Positions 1 to 9,155 are shown, counted from the stretch's first letter. The stretch is DNA of 64,000 bases from an uncultured Pirellulales bacterium (GCA_964437685.1 CAYTHV010000002.1:2008-66007), one strand, 5' to 3'. Notes: generated from the letters alone by a model not told the origin. Translations and numbers: made by a program.

Positions 1-3
1 CTT

Positions 4-645
4 TTGATGGGAGACACCCTGCGTAATAAGGGGAACCCGCCTTATGATATTGAACCGCACTGGCTGCGAAGTCCTGTGCCGCCGTATATGGCAGCGGCGA
101 TGTCTTCTGCCCAAACCGTTCGGGACTTCCAGAGCATTTTCTCTTCGGAAAGCAAACCCTTTAAGGGCAAGTGGCGGTCGGCGATAACGAATCCCAAGCT
201 GATCAACCCCAACCATTTGGGCGTTGGGTTCATGTTTGAACGGAACCTGGCGGGGCTGATTAAATTCCAGAGCGATCCAAACCTTGCTTCCGTTCGGGAA
301 CAGGCCGATGCGATATTGAAACAACTGCAACTGGGCCGTGCCGATGAAGTGCTTAAGATGGCGGGCCAGACTCGGCCGGAAAGCCGGGCGGCGATTGAAC
401 AATATGCAACGCTGCTGGGAAGCGCCAGAACCATTACGTTTATTGTCAAACATGATGACCAGAAGAAGGATAACCTGTTCATTTTTTACAGTGTCCCGGG
501 GCAGCCGGAATATCTGATGAGTTTCTGGCTGCGGGCCGATGCCCCGGCCACACCGCCGACAATATGGCGCATCGATTTGGTCGATCAAAACAAAACCGTT
601 GTCAATTTTGACAATATCAATAACGCGTTGAAAATCTTTAAATAA
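4..645 (+). CDS. Hypothetical protein, probably 5'-truncated by the window edge
   Basis: 213-aa ORF; frame open from base 1; stop 10 nt before the next gene's start; no recognisable motif. Confidence 0.6.
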   Translation: MMGDTLRNKGNPPYDIEPHWLRSPVPPYMAAAMSSAQTVRDFQSIFSSESKPFKGKWRSAITNPKLINPNHLGVGFMFERNLAGLIKFQSDPNLASVREQADAILKQLQLGRADEVLKMAGQTRPESRAAIEQYATLLGSARTITFIVKHDDQKKDNLFIFYSVPGQPEYLMSFWLRADAPATPPTIWRIDLVDQNKTVVNFDNINNALKIFK

Positions 646-655
646 AGAGGTTTTT

Positions 656-1516
656 ATGATAAAGACTCTATCACACGACAATTACCTCAGATGCATGACG
701 GTTCGTCCGGTGTGCCTGGGCATGATTATTGTATGGGCTTTTCTGAGCGTCCCCGTTCTTTCGCAGGACAACAACGGGCCGTGGACTCCGGAACAATCCA
801 AGACCGCCGACCATAAACCCGGCACGCCAAGTGATCCGCGTGGTTTCTATCCGCCTATTGACAGCAAGGCAACCAAATCCAGTGACAGCAAACCGACGCC
901 AGCGGCTCCGGCTCCAACTCCAACTCCGGCTCCATATCCTAAGTCTTTCTACAATGACAATAACGGCCCGTGGACTCCGGATCAATCCAAGACCGCCGAC
1001 CATAAACCCGGCACACCAAGTGATCCTCGTGGTTTTTATCCGCCGATCACAGGCTCTCCCAACGATAAGCCGGCGAATCTGGGTGACGATTTGGCCGATC
1101 TCGGAGCGAAGATCGCCACTTCCAATCTGGCTAACCCCCTGATTCAGGGCGGCAAGGCTATCGGGAGAACCTATGAGGCTTCCGAGCGCGGCGATACAAC
1201 CGGAGTGATGATCGAAGCTACCGACGGCGTCGGACGGTTGGCGGCCATCGGCCTGGGAGCCGGCGAAGGCGCCGCATTGGGTACGACGTTTGGACCGATT
1301 GGCACGGCCATTGGCGGCATCATTGGTGGATTTCTTGGGAATGCCGGTTGGAACGCCACCGGTGGCGCTCTGAATGAAAGCTCGCGGCAGATGCATGATC
1401 AAGCCCAGCAGCAGGCGCGGGATCAGGCTCAGCAGGTTCGAGATATTGCCGTGCCCCGTCCGAGTGGAGGGGGGGGCGGCGGTGGAGGCGGGTGCGGCGG
1501 ACCGTGCGGCCGATAA
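656..1516 (+). CDS. Secreted protein with duplicated 31-aa repeat, glycine-zipper segment and poly-Gly/Cys tail
   Basis: SD-like AAGAGG upstream; hydrophobic signal-like stretch ending PVLS|Q; repeat DNNGPWTP(E/D)QSKTADHKPGTPSDPRGFYPPI twice; GxxxG-rich segment; C-terminus GGGGGGGGGCGGPCGR. Confidence 0.7.
   Translation: MIKTLSHDNYLRCMTVRPVCLGMIIVWAFLSVPVLSQDNNGPWTPEQSKTADHKPGTPSDPRGFYPPIDSKATKSSDSKPTPAAPAPTPTPAPYPKSFYNDNNGPWTPDQSKTADHKPGTPSDPRGFYPPITGSPNDKPANLGDDLADLGAKIATSNLANPLIQGGKAIGRTYEASERGDTTGVMIEATDGVGRLAAIGLGAGEGAALGTTFGPIGTAIGGIIGGFLGNAGWNATGGALNESSRQMHDQAQQQARDQAQQVRDIAVPRPSGGGGGGGGGCGGPCGR
767..1048 (+). repeat. Intragenic direct repeat, 93 bp x2 (767-859 and 956-1048)
   Basis: The two copies differ mainly at synonymous positions (30/31 aa identical) and are separated by a Pro/Ala/Thr linker. 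Confidence 0.95.
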
Positions 1517-1563
1517 CGATGCTGTGAAGTAAAAAAGTAAAAAAACTTGCGTTGAAAATAGAG

Positions 1564-1592
1564 TTGACTACAATAACGACGTAACTTAGAAT
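1564..1592 (+). promoter_or_regulatory. Sigma70-like promoter for the beta-barrel gene
   Basis: TTGACT-N17-TAGAAT; AGGAGA SD before ATG 1686. Confidence 0.6.
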
Positions 1593-1685
1593 TAATGGCT
1601 TAAAGTAAAAACTTCGAGGTTGGCAGCGATAAGACCTTAATCGTGCTTCGGAGTAAAATAGTATATTATTCAGGAGAGTCAGAAA

Positions 1686-2600
1686 ATGCAAAGAAAAGTG
1701 GTAGCAAAGAGCGTGTTAATAATACTTGCCGTATGTCTGAGCGTCACAGCGGCGCAGGCCAGTAATTTTGACGGTAGTACAAGCCTGCTTAACCCATGGA
1801 ACCCCGCCACCATGGCGGTGGAAACGGCTGTGGATCGGACACTGACCGCGGGCGACAGAATGCCTCATGCAGGCTCGTTCGATGCGTTCTCGTCGTGGAG
1901 TCTATTTGCCGACTATGGCACCGGCAAGACTAAAGATAAACGTCAGGGCGGTTTTGACAATTACTTCAATTCCTATACCGTCGGCGCCGACGCTCTGTAT
2001 AACAACACGACCTTGTGGGGCTTTATGGGCAATCTCAATGATGCACAAGGCCACAGTAAAACCGGCAATCGCGATCAGGTTGATTCCGGGACGTATTCAC
2101 TTTATACGAGCCAGCCGGTCAACGAGTGGATGTATTGGGGCACCTCGTTTTCTTATGGCACTTCGGAAAACAAGATCCGGGGCAATGCCGGTGATACCGA
2201 TTCAGAAAACTATGTCGTCGCTCCGTATCTGACAATGATGAAACAGATGGAAAAGCTGAACCTGTCAATTTCGCCTTCTTATGTGTTGGGTTATCAGGAA
2301 GTAGATTATCCGGCCGGCGTCGATGATACCGCGTTGATGGGCAAGCTCGTGCTGATGGGTCGCGCGGCATATACATTCACTGAAAAGATGAGTGTTGCGC
2401 TGAACCTGAACTACAACCAGATTCTGCACAACCATGCACTGGATACCGAATTTGACAACGACCACAGATGGTTCACCACCGGCGCAAAACTGAACTACAA
2501 GTTCACCAGCAACCTGAACGGCAGCGTGGGCTACAGCACAGACATCGACAGCAACTTTGACAGCGATATTTGGAATGTGGGTCTGGCCTACGCGTTCTAA
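1686..2600 (+). CDS. Autotransporter-type outer-membrane beta-barrel protein with no passenger domain
   Basis: Signal peptide (AAQA|S), short helix, alternating amphipathic beta-strands (YTVGAD, WGTSFSYG), terminal VGLAYAF with C-terminal Phe. Confidence 0.8.
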   Translation: MQRKVVAKSVLIILAVCLSVTAAQASNFDGSTSLLNPWNPATMAVETAVDRTLTAGDRMPHAGSFDAFSSWSLFADYGTGKTKDKRQGGFDNYFNSYTVGADALYNNTTLWGFMGNLNDAQGHSKTGNRDQVDSGTYSLYTSQPVNEWMYWGTSFSYGTSENKIRGNAGDTDSENYVVAPYLTMMKQMEKLNLSISPSYVLGYQEVDYPAGVDDTALMGKLVLMGRAAYTFTEKMSVALNLNYNQILHNHALDTEFDNDHRWFTTGAKLNYKFTSNLNGSVGYSTDIDSNFDSDIWNVGLAYAF

Positions 2601-2623
2601 GCAGGCTGGATGAAGAATAAACT

Positions 2624-2669
2624 AAACTGCCTGAACAGCCCTCTTTCGGGGTTGTCAGGCAGTTTTTTT
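2624..2669 (+). terminator. Rho-independent terminator
   Basis: AAACTGCCTGAACAGCCC-loop-GGGTTGTCAGGCAG stem followed by a T-run. Confidence 0.85.
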
Positions 2670-2677
2670 ATGAACCA

Positions 2678-3556
2678 ATGAAAATTACAAATCCGAAAAG
2701 ATATTGTATCCGCCTGTGCCTGGGGTTGTCGGTGTTATTGATCGCCGTTATCACGTTGGGCGGTTGCCATAGCGCTGATGGAGCTGTGCCCGCCGCGGTT
2801 CAACCCCTGTCCGGGATGCGCGTGGCGTTTGACAGTTTTGTCGCTGTCAATTATGAAAAAAATCGTTCGTTGCATGGCTGGCAGACGACCCAAATGGCAA
2901 TTGGAACAACCCTCAAGCTGTGGTATGACAAGGTGCAGGTCAGGCAGACGGTTGTGGATGGTACCTCGGCGGACTTGCAGCGTTTCTTGCTCGCTTTGCC
3001 CGGCCCGAAAGACTGTGATATTTCGGTGGTCTATCTGGGGTCGATTCAGGATGCATCCGCAGGGTGGGAATTTGTCAATGGCGATATCGCCAACTGGCGC
3101 GACCTGCTGGCCGCGGCGCCGCCGCCGGCGCATCCTTGCCGGATCGTCGTTTTGGACGCCTGCCATGCGGCAGCGGTATGCGGCATCCCGACATGGGCGG
3201 AACGCCTCGGCACAGTAACCTTGCTGGCCTCTGGCACGACTGAACAGACCTATCAATTCGCACCATCGGCATTGTTGCCTATCGACGTTCCCAAACACTA
3301 TCCTCTGGCTTGGGCATGGGCGCAAACCCATCTGCCGCCGGATTGGAGCAGACACATCAGCTTTCTGGGGCTGATCTGGATTGAGACGGTTGCAAAAACA
3401 CCTTTGCCGCCTGCGGACAAAATGGATTGGACACAGTTTTTCAACGTCTGCGGGCAAAATGCAGCGGCGTTTCGCAGGACAATCAGCCATCGCTGGGGGT
3501 CGGCTTTGCAGGCGTTTCCTCCCTTAGGATCATCCGTCCCTGAAAATGGAAAATGA
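2678..3556 (+). CDS. Caspase/peptidase C14-like lipoprotein
   Basis: Lipobox LGGC; IVVLDACHA matches the metacaspase catalytic-Cys motif; the His-Gly motif is replaced by YLGSIQ. Confidence 0.6.
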   Translation: MKITNPKRYCIRLCLGLSVLLIAVITLGGCHSADGAVPAAVQPLSGMRVAFDSFVAVNYEKNRSLHGWQTTQMAIGTTLKLWYDKVQVRQTVVDGTSADLQRFLLALPGPKDCDISVVYLGSIQDASAGWEFVNGDIANWRDLLAAAPPPAHPCRIVVLDACHAAAVCGIPTWAERLGTVTLLASGTTEQTYQFAPSALLPIDVPKHYPLAWAWAQTHLPPDWSRHISFLGLIWIETVAKTPLPPADKMDWTQFFNVCGQNAAAFRRTISHRWGSALQAFPPLGSSVPENGK

Positions 3557-3635
3557 ATTTAAAAAGGCGGTTACGAAGATATTTCAACGCGGCGGACAGC
3601 TTGGCCGTAAAAAGTATTGCATTCCTGGATGGGTT

Positions 3636-5084
3636 TTATTGTTTATCAAATCGCCGCAAATCTTTATTCCGGCAATGCCGATAAAGCAATCCGACACGGT
3701 GGACTTTCATTGAATCAAGGTCGATCAATACCGGACCCGATTCGGTAATAATCAAATTGGCGCGTTTCAAATCCCCGTGGGTAATCCGGTAAAGCTCCAT
3801 CTGCTGCAAAATTCCATCGATCCATTGCAGCACCGCCGTTTGCTGTTCTTCATCCACGGCAACCTGTCGCAGAAATTCATCGAGTTTCAGCCCATGGACC
3901 ATTTCGCAGAGAATATAGGAGCAGTAAATCAGCGGCCCTCTGCGTTTTTCAATAAAGGCCAGTGATGCCGCCGTCGGAATATTCAGCCAGCTAAGCCGAT
4001 GGCTGTGCAGCCAGCAGCGTTTCGCCCGGCTGCCCTTAAACGTCTGCTTAAGCGAATGCCAAAGCCCCTTATGGTTGTAACGTTTAATAACAACAGGCTT
4101 GCCATTAATTTCCACCAGCGAAACAAAACACGTATTGCCGCGTTTGAGAATCTTTCCCTTGCTCATCAATAAATCAATCTGAAAGGGCAGTTCCGCCGCC
4201 TGCTTGGGTTCGCAAAAAGTTTTGGCAAAAACGCCGCGGACAGTGTTGGTTTTAATGGTAAAGTAGCGTTTGCTGTTGCGCAGTGTTTTGGGCAGCATTC
4301 GCCGAATGTTCCGCATCCGGCAAGCCCGAATCTGCCGCAGGATTTGTTCCTGCTGCCACGGCCGAAGAACCAGCCCGCGCACCGCGAAATACTTGCGTAT
4401 GAATGTCTCTAATTGTTCCTCGTCGTCCGCCGGCCAGTTCGTACAAAGTAATACGAGCTGGGCGATTCCTTTTTTTACCGCCACTGGTTGCGCGTAAAAC
4501 TGAATCTGTGCCGGATCAAGAATATAGAAGCGGTTATCCGCTTCGAGAAAATTGCCCAGATGCAGGTCGTTTTGCAGCACGCCCTGAATATGCAGATGCG
4601 CCAGTTGCCCGACGATAGATTGCAGAAGCTTGACCTTTGTAGGCTTATCCGTCAGACTCTGAAAAAGATTGAATACATCGTGGCTGTTCAGGATGTATTC
4701 AGTGGCCATCGCCCACTGTCCTGAATTGGTCTTGCCGAAAAATAGCGGCTCCGGCCGAAGAATTTGCAGTGTTCGAAGTTTTTGCAGATTGTTCCATTCG
4801 CGCATCATTTGCCGTCGGCCAAGGTAGGGAATGTCGAAAATCTTAACGATAATTTTCTGATCGTTCCAGAATGCGGAATAAACCCGCCGCACGCCGCTGA
4901 TTTCGCGAATCAGTTGGCAATCACGGCAAACAAATCCGCCGGTACGTTCCCCGGCCGGATAAATTGTAATGTCTGAAACAGGCCCTATGCGCTGCATGAA
5001 AATCCCTAACATTTTGCCTATTGGCGGATTAACGATAGACCTTGTAGCACACATCGACCGATAAGTCAAGCCCACAGGAATCAC
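3636..5084 (-). CDS. Lipopolysaccharide kinase (Kdo/WaaP/InaA family), two tandem kinase domains
   Basis: Two catalytic loops QNDLHLGNFL and HGDLKRANLII, each followed by ILD/LIDLD and preceded by a VKIF/VIKRY lysine strand; true start may be up to about 30 codons downstream. Confidence 0.8.
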   Translation of the reverse strand: MIPVGLTYRSMCATRSIVNPPIGKMLGIFMQRIGPVSDITIYPAGERTGGFVCRDCQLIREISGVRRVYSAFWNDQKIIVKIFDIPYLGRRQMMREWNNLQKLRTLQILRPEPLFFGKTNSGQWAMATEYILNSHDVFNLFQSLTDKPTKVKLLQSIVGQLAHLHIQGVLQNDLHLGNFLEADNRFYILDPAQIQFYAQPVAVKKGIAQLVLLCTNWPADDEEQLETFIRKYFAVRGLVLRPWQQEQILRQIRACRMRNIRRMLPKTLRNSKRYFTIKTNTVRGVFAKTFCEPKQAAELPFQIDLLMSKGKILKRGNTCFVSLVEINGKPVVIKRYNHKGLWHSLKQTFKGSRAKRCWLHSHRLSWLNIPTAASLAFIEKRRGPLIYCSYILCEMVHGLKLDEFLRQVAVDEEQQTAVLQWIDGILQQMELYRITHGDLKRANLIITESGPVLIDLDSMKVHRVGLLYRHCRNKDLRRFDKQ

Positions 5085-5164
5085 GCTACCAAATCCGACT
5101 AAACTGCCTCTGGAAAAAAGAAAAATATCGATTATAATACGGCATTCTGGAATATAAGGACAAT

Positions 5165-6373
5165 ATGGATTGGTTTTTAGTCACGGCAGGCGTTTTGGTT
5201 CTCGGCCAGTTACTGTTCACCATTCAGGTGGGTAGTAATGTTCGCTATGCGCTGCGGAAATCGGAACGGAAGCGGGATATTTATCGGCCTTCTGCGGTCA
5301 TTATTGTTCCCTGCAAAGGCCTTGATTCGGAATTTGAGCAGAATATTCTCTCATTTTTTCGCCAAAATTACAAGCCTTATCGGCTGTGGTTTGTGGTTCA
5401 GGATGTCGCCGATCCGGCGTACGAAGTCCTGCAAAAACTGATCGCCCGGTATTCCCCGCAGACGGTTGCGACCGAAGTTCGCATCTTTGTTGCGGGTGTC
5501 GCTTCCGGATGCAGTCAAAAGTTGCACAACATTCTGCATTGTTACCGCCAGATTCCGTCGGATGTTACCGCGCTGGTCTTTGCGGATTCGGATGCCTGTG
5601 CCGATGATGACTGGCTTGGCCATATTGTCTATCCAATAAACAGCGGCAAGAACGGCGCCGCCAGCGGCTACCGCTGGTTTGTCCCCCGGCAAAATAATCT
5701 CGCGACGCTGGGCTTATCCTGCGGCAATGCCATCGTTGGCCAGATTCTTGGCAATACGCGGTTTAATCAGGCATGGGGCGGCTCAATGGCAATCCGGGTC
5801 GAAACCTTTCGCAAGCTGAATCTTGAATCCATCTGGTCAAAATCCATCAGCGATGATCTGACGCTCAGTAGAGCGGTAGAGCGATCCGGCAGTAAAATGG
5901 TCTTTGCCCCGGCCTGCATGGTCGCATCCTACGAAACGACTACATGGCAAAAGCTGTTCGAGTTCGGCCGTCGTCAATTCCTGATTACCCGCATCTATGC
6001 TCCCAAAACATGGCTGTTCGGACTATCCGGAACCCTTTTTAGTGTTGGCGGTTTTTGGATGATGCTCGCTGTTGCTGCAGCCGGATTTGCAGAGGATTCC
6101 TCGCATGTGGCGGTGTACGCGATTGCCGCCGGGCTGATACTCGGTATGCAGTGGTTGAGAGCCCTCTTGCGCCAGTGGATGATTATGCGGCTGCTAAGCA
6201 AGGACAAAAAAACCCTTCGCATGGCATTTTGGGCGGATATTCTGCTGTTCTGGCTGTGGGGGATTTTGTTCCTGTTTTTAATTCTCAGTTCCGCGTTCGG
6301 CCGCACCATTTGCTGGCGGGGCATTCGCTACCGCATCAACAGCCCGCTCGATGTCGTGATCGAAAAAGACTAA
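5165..6373 (+). CDS. GT-A glycosyltransferase, family 21/2 (ceramide glucosyltransferase/HpnI-like)
   Basis: N-terminal TM, IIVPCKG, VFADSD, ISDDLTLS, RRQF motif, C-terminal TMs, ICWRGIRY. Confidence 0.85.
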   Translation: MDWFLVTAGVLVLGQLLFTIQVGSNVRYALRKSERKRDIYRPSAVIIVPCKGLDSEFEQNILSFFRQNYKPYRLWFVVQDVADPAYEVLQKLIARYSPQTVATEVRIFVAGVASGCSQKLHNILHCYRQIPSDVTALVFADSDACADDDWLGHIVYPINSGKNGAASGYRWFVPRQNNLATLGLSCGNAIVGQILGNTRFNQAWGGSMAIRVETFRKLNLESIWSKSISDDLTLSRAVERSGSKMVFAPACMVASYETTTWQKLFEFGRRQFLITRIYAPKTWLFGLSGTLFSVGGFWMMLAVAAAGFAEDSSHVAVYAIAAGLILGMQWLRALLRQWMIMRLLSKDKKTLRMAFWADILLFWLWGILFLFLILSSAFGRTICWRGIRYRINSPLDVVIEKD

Positions 6374-7212
6374 TGCCCGACAATCGCGATGCCGAGTTTG
6401 TCGGCCAGTGCAATTGTCCTGGGTTTATCCAGAATCAGCGTCTTACCCGCCTCGACCACCACGCATCGCGCGTTGCATGCGGCAAGGCTCTCAATCGTGT
6501 CGGCGCCGATGCACGGCACATCGAACCGCAAATCCTGATTGGGCTTGGCCGCTTTCAGCAAGGTCAAGCCGCCTTTCCTGCAAAGCTGCCCGGCGCGTTC
6601 AATCATCTTTGCCGTTCCTTCAATGGCTTCCACGGCGATAATCTCCCGCTCGCGCACCGCGAGGGCCTGCCCGATGTCCAGCCTGCCGATTTCCTTAACC
6701 ATCGGCCAGCCGAAATCAATGTCGGCCTGTACTGATGCGGCCGGCTGAGTTTGCGTCATCACGCCATCTGTTGCCAGATGCTCTTTGCAGTATTGTGTTG
6801 AATCCACGAGTATGATTCCTCCGCTGGCCAATTCTTCGGCTATCGCGTTTAAGACCGTATCATTGCGTTTATCCCGTCCCCGCAGCCGCCAGTACCAGAT
6901 TCGTATCGCCCGCCAGTCCGGCAGAAATTTAACAATCCGCCACGGCGTGTATATCTTCGTCTTGGCGACGCGTCCGACCATGATTGTTTCCGTCACGCCG
7001 TATTGCCGAAGCTTACGCATCCAGCCGCCCGGACGGGCGATCGCGCCGTAAAAGAACACATCGACCTGGGAGGCCAATTCCGGCTCGGCGCTGTCGGCCA
7101 GACCTGCGCAAATCACACGCATTCCCGCACGCCTGGCGCCTTCGGCAACCAGAAACGGCAATCGTCCCTGGCCGGCGATCAATCCTAAAACTGGGGGATT
7201 ATTCGGATTCAC
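6370..7212 (-). CDS. lpxI: UDP-2,3-diacylglucosamine diphosphatase LpxI
   Basis: LGLIAGQGRLP, LDIGQ, AVEAIEGT, KAAKPNQDLRFDVPCIG; overlaps lpxD. Confidence 0.92.
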   Translation of the reverse strand: MNPNNPPVLGLIAGQGRLPFLVAEGARRAGMRVICAGLADSAEPELASQVDVFFYGAIARPGGWMRKLRQYGVTETIMVGRVAKTKIYTPWRIVKFLPDWRAIRIWYWRLRGRDKRNDTVLNAIAEELASGGIILVDSTQYCKEHLATDGVMTQTQPAASVQADIDFGWPMVKEIGRLDIGQALAVREREIIAVEAIEGTAKMIERAGQLCRKGGLTLLKAAKPNQDLRFDVPCIGADTIESLAACNARCVVVEAGKTLILDKPRTIALADKLGIAIVGH

Positions 7213-8236
7213 CGGTTCCGCTCAGTTTGGCCAGCTGCCGTTCAAGTTCTTTGATTTTCTTTTTCATTTCGGGCAGATATTCAATCAGACTGTACGCCCG
7301 CTTGGCTTTGCTTGCGTCGATGGCGGGGGTGCCGACGATGGTTGCCCCATCCGGCACATTATTCAGGACGCCCGCTTTGGCGCCGACTTTGACTAAGTTA
7401 CCGATGGTAATATGGCCGATCACGCCGACTTGTCCGCCGAGGACAACGTGATGTCCCAGGGTTGCCGAACCTGCTACGCCGACCTGCGGCACCAGCAGGC
7501 AATAGGGGCCGACTTTCGTTCCGTGGCCGATAGCGACGCTGTCGCCGATCTTGCTGCCTTTGCCGATGACGGTATCGTCGAGTGTGCCGCGTTCGATGGC
7601 ACAGCCGGAACCGATTTCGACATCGTCTTCGAGGATGACCCTGCCGATCTGCGGAATTTTGTGGTGGACGCCTTTGTGTGTGGCGAATCCGAACCCATCC
7701 TGGCCAACGGAGGCATTGGACTGAATAATCACCCGGTTTCCTACCACGCAACTGTCATAGACGACGGCATTCGGATACAGGATGCAATCATCCCCGACCG
7801 TCACATTCGGCCCGACAAATACGCCCGGGTAAAGCTGGCAGTTTTTGCCAACGCTGGCATTCTCGCTGACTGTGGCGAAGGGGTGGATATTGCAGCCGTC
7901 GCCGACCCTGGCTGTTGGGCTGATTGAAGCTTTGGGGCTGACGCCGACCTGCGGGTGTTTTCGGTGGCCGTGCAGCAGCACGACAATCTGCATGAAAGCG
8001 TAGTAGGGGTCTTCGGCGACCAGCAGTGCCGCCTTAGACTCCATCGGCTGCGCGACAATCACCGCCGCCGCCTGGGTAGTTTGCATCTGCGACTCGTATT
8101 TTTTATTGCTCAGAAACGTAATTTCGCCGTCGCCGGCCTTGTCAAGCGTCGATGCCGAGCGGATAACGAGGTTTCCGTCGCCAACGACTTTGCCGCCGAC
8201 ATGGTCGGCCAATTCCTGTAACGTTTTTGTCTGCAT
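7199..8236 (-). CDS. lpxD: UDP-3-O-acylglucosamine N-acyltransferase LpxD
   Basis: N-terminal ITFL..KKY, hexapeptide repeats, GQDGFGF, IPQIGRVILEDDVEIG, IERGTLDDTVIG. Confidence 0.96.
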   Translation of the reverse strand: MQTKTLQELADHVGGKVVGDGNLVIRSASTLDKAGDGEITFLSNKKYESQMQTTQAAAVIVAQPMESKAALLVAEDPYYAFMQIVVLLHGHRKHPQVGVSPKASISPTARVGDGCNIHPFATVSENASVGKNCQLYPGVFVGPNVTVGDDCILYPNAVVYDSCVVGNRVIIQSNASVGQDGFGFATHKGVHHKIPQIGRVILEDDVEIGSGCAIERGTLDDTVIGKGSKIGDSVAIGHGTKVGPYCLLVPQVGVAGSATLGHHVVLGGQVGVIGHITIGNLVKVGAKAGVLNNVPDGATIVGTPAIDASKAKRAYSLIEYLPEMKKKIKELERQLAKLSGTGESE

Positions 8237-8332
8237 TCAAATATCCTGATAATTAACGACTTATTTCTGGGAGATTATATCGTTTCTTCCCGAAACGTCA
8301 AGGCTTTGATGATTCTCGATTCGCAGAGTCTT

Positions 8333-8412
8333 GAAATTGGGTTCGTTTTGCAATTTTAGATTGTAGATTTTAAATTGTAGATTGGTGGGGTCTGGAAATT
8401 GGGTTCGTTTTG
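8333..8412. repeat. 18-bp direct repeat GAAATTGGGTTCGTTTTG x2 enclosing a 7-mer tandem array
   Basis: Exact copies at 8333-8350 and 8395-8412; TT(T/G)TA(G/A)A x4 at 8354-8381. Confidence 0.9.
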
Positions 8413-8526
8413 ACAAAATGGTTTTACCATGAAGCCCGCGAAGAGCATGAAGAAAAAAATGGGTATATAAGATAATCGGCTGGTTCATTTGTCTCCTCCA
8501 TTTTTGCATATTCAGTTTTCATCGAA

Positions 8527-8560
8527 GTACCCACAAGCCTGCGGCTTGAAGGTGCCACCC
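8527..8560. repeat. REP-like short palindrome
   Basis: GTAC-CCA-CAAGCC-TGC-GGCTTG-AAGGTGCCACCC; single copy in this window. Confidence 0.35.
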
Positions 8561-8826
8561 GGAGTCCCCCGTTTTCCGGGAAATCCGCCGGAGGAAAACG
8601 ATCCCTCCATATATAGGGACGGAAATGGGACTTATGAATTATTTTTTTGGGGTTTTTGGATGTTCGGGTTTTGTAAGCATTGGCCGGACAAGGAGAAGAA
8701 ATTTTTGCATCTTTTTTTATTTTTTTGTAAGTGGAAAAAGTTTGTCGGACATTGCATATCTTAAACAGGAACCACAGATTTCGCCGATGACGCAGATTTA
8801 ATTTTTTTGACAGGAGATGTAGGATA

Positions 8827-8855
8827 AAGAACTCAAGAACCCAAGAACTCAAGAA
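8827..8855. repeat. 8-mer tandem repeat AAGAAC(T/C)C x3.6
   Basis: Read directly from the sequence. Confidence 0.9.
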
Positions 8856-8934
8856 TGAGGATACAACAAAGAAGTCAGGAGTCTGAATTCAAAAGTGGAA
8901 TTTCTTAATTTCATGTTTTTAGTAAAGAAATGTC

Positions 8935-8963
8935 TTGTTAGTTTTTGGGCGAAGTTGTATAAT
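8935..8963 (+). promoter_or_regulatory. Sigma70-like promoter upstream of the tRNA
   Basis: TTGTTA-N17-TATAAT with TG extended -10. Confidence 0.45.
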
Positions 8964-9105
8964 TCGGGGGCAAAAAAGAAACTTTTAATCGTCTATTATG
9001 ACACCTGTTTCAAGATCACGAAACAGCCTAAATCCATGGTGTGATTTTTTGAGTGGGATTGGTATAACTTTGATGCTGGATAGACGCAGAAAACAAATTT
9101 TACAC

Positions 9106-9133
9106 TTGACAAGTGCCCTCCAATTTGTATATA
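9106..9133 (+). promoter_or_regulatory. Sigma70-like promoter of tRNA-Gly
   Basis: TTGACA-N16-TATATA about 22 nt before the tRNA. Confidence 0.6.
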
Positions 9134-9155
9134 TGCCTGTAATTAAAGCACTTAT

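Noticed and set aside
1593-1685. Riboswitch in the barrel-gene leader
   Set aside because: Only a weak AGGTT/GACCT hairpin; no match to riboswitch consensus sequences I know
656-3556. Single operon of secreted protein, barrel and caspase-like processor
   Set aside because: A promoter precedes and a strong terminator follows the barrel gene, so the three are reported separately
8261-8852. ORFs 8261-8509, 8424-8852 and 8489-8764 as real genes
   Set aside because: Low-complexity, mutually overlapping and built from the short repeats; no family motifs
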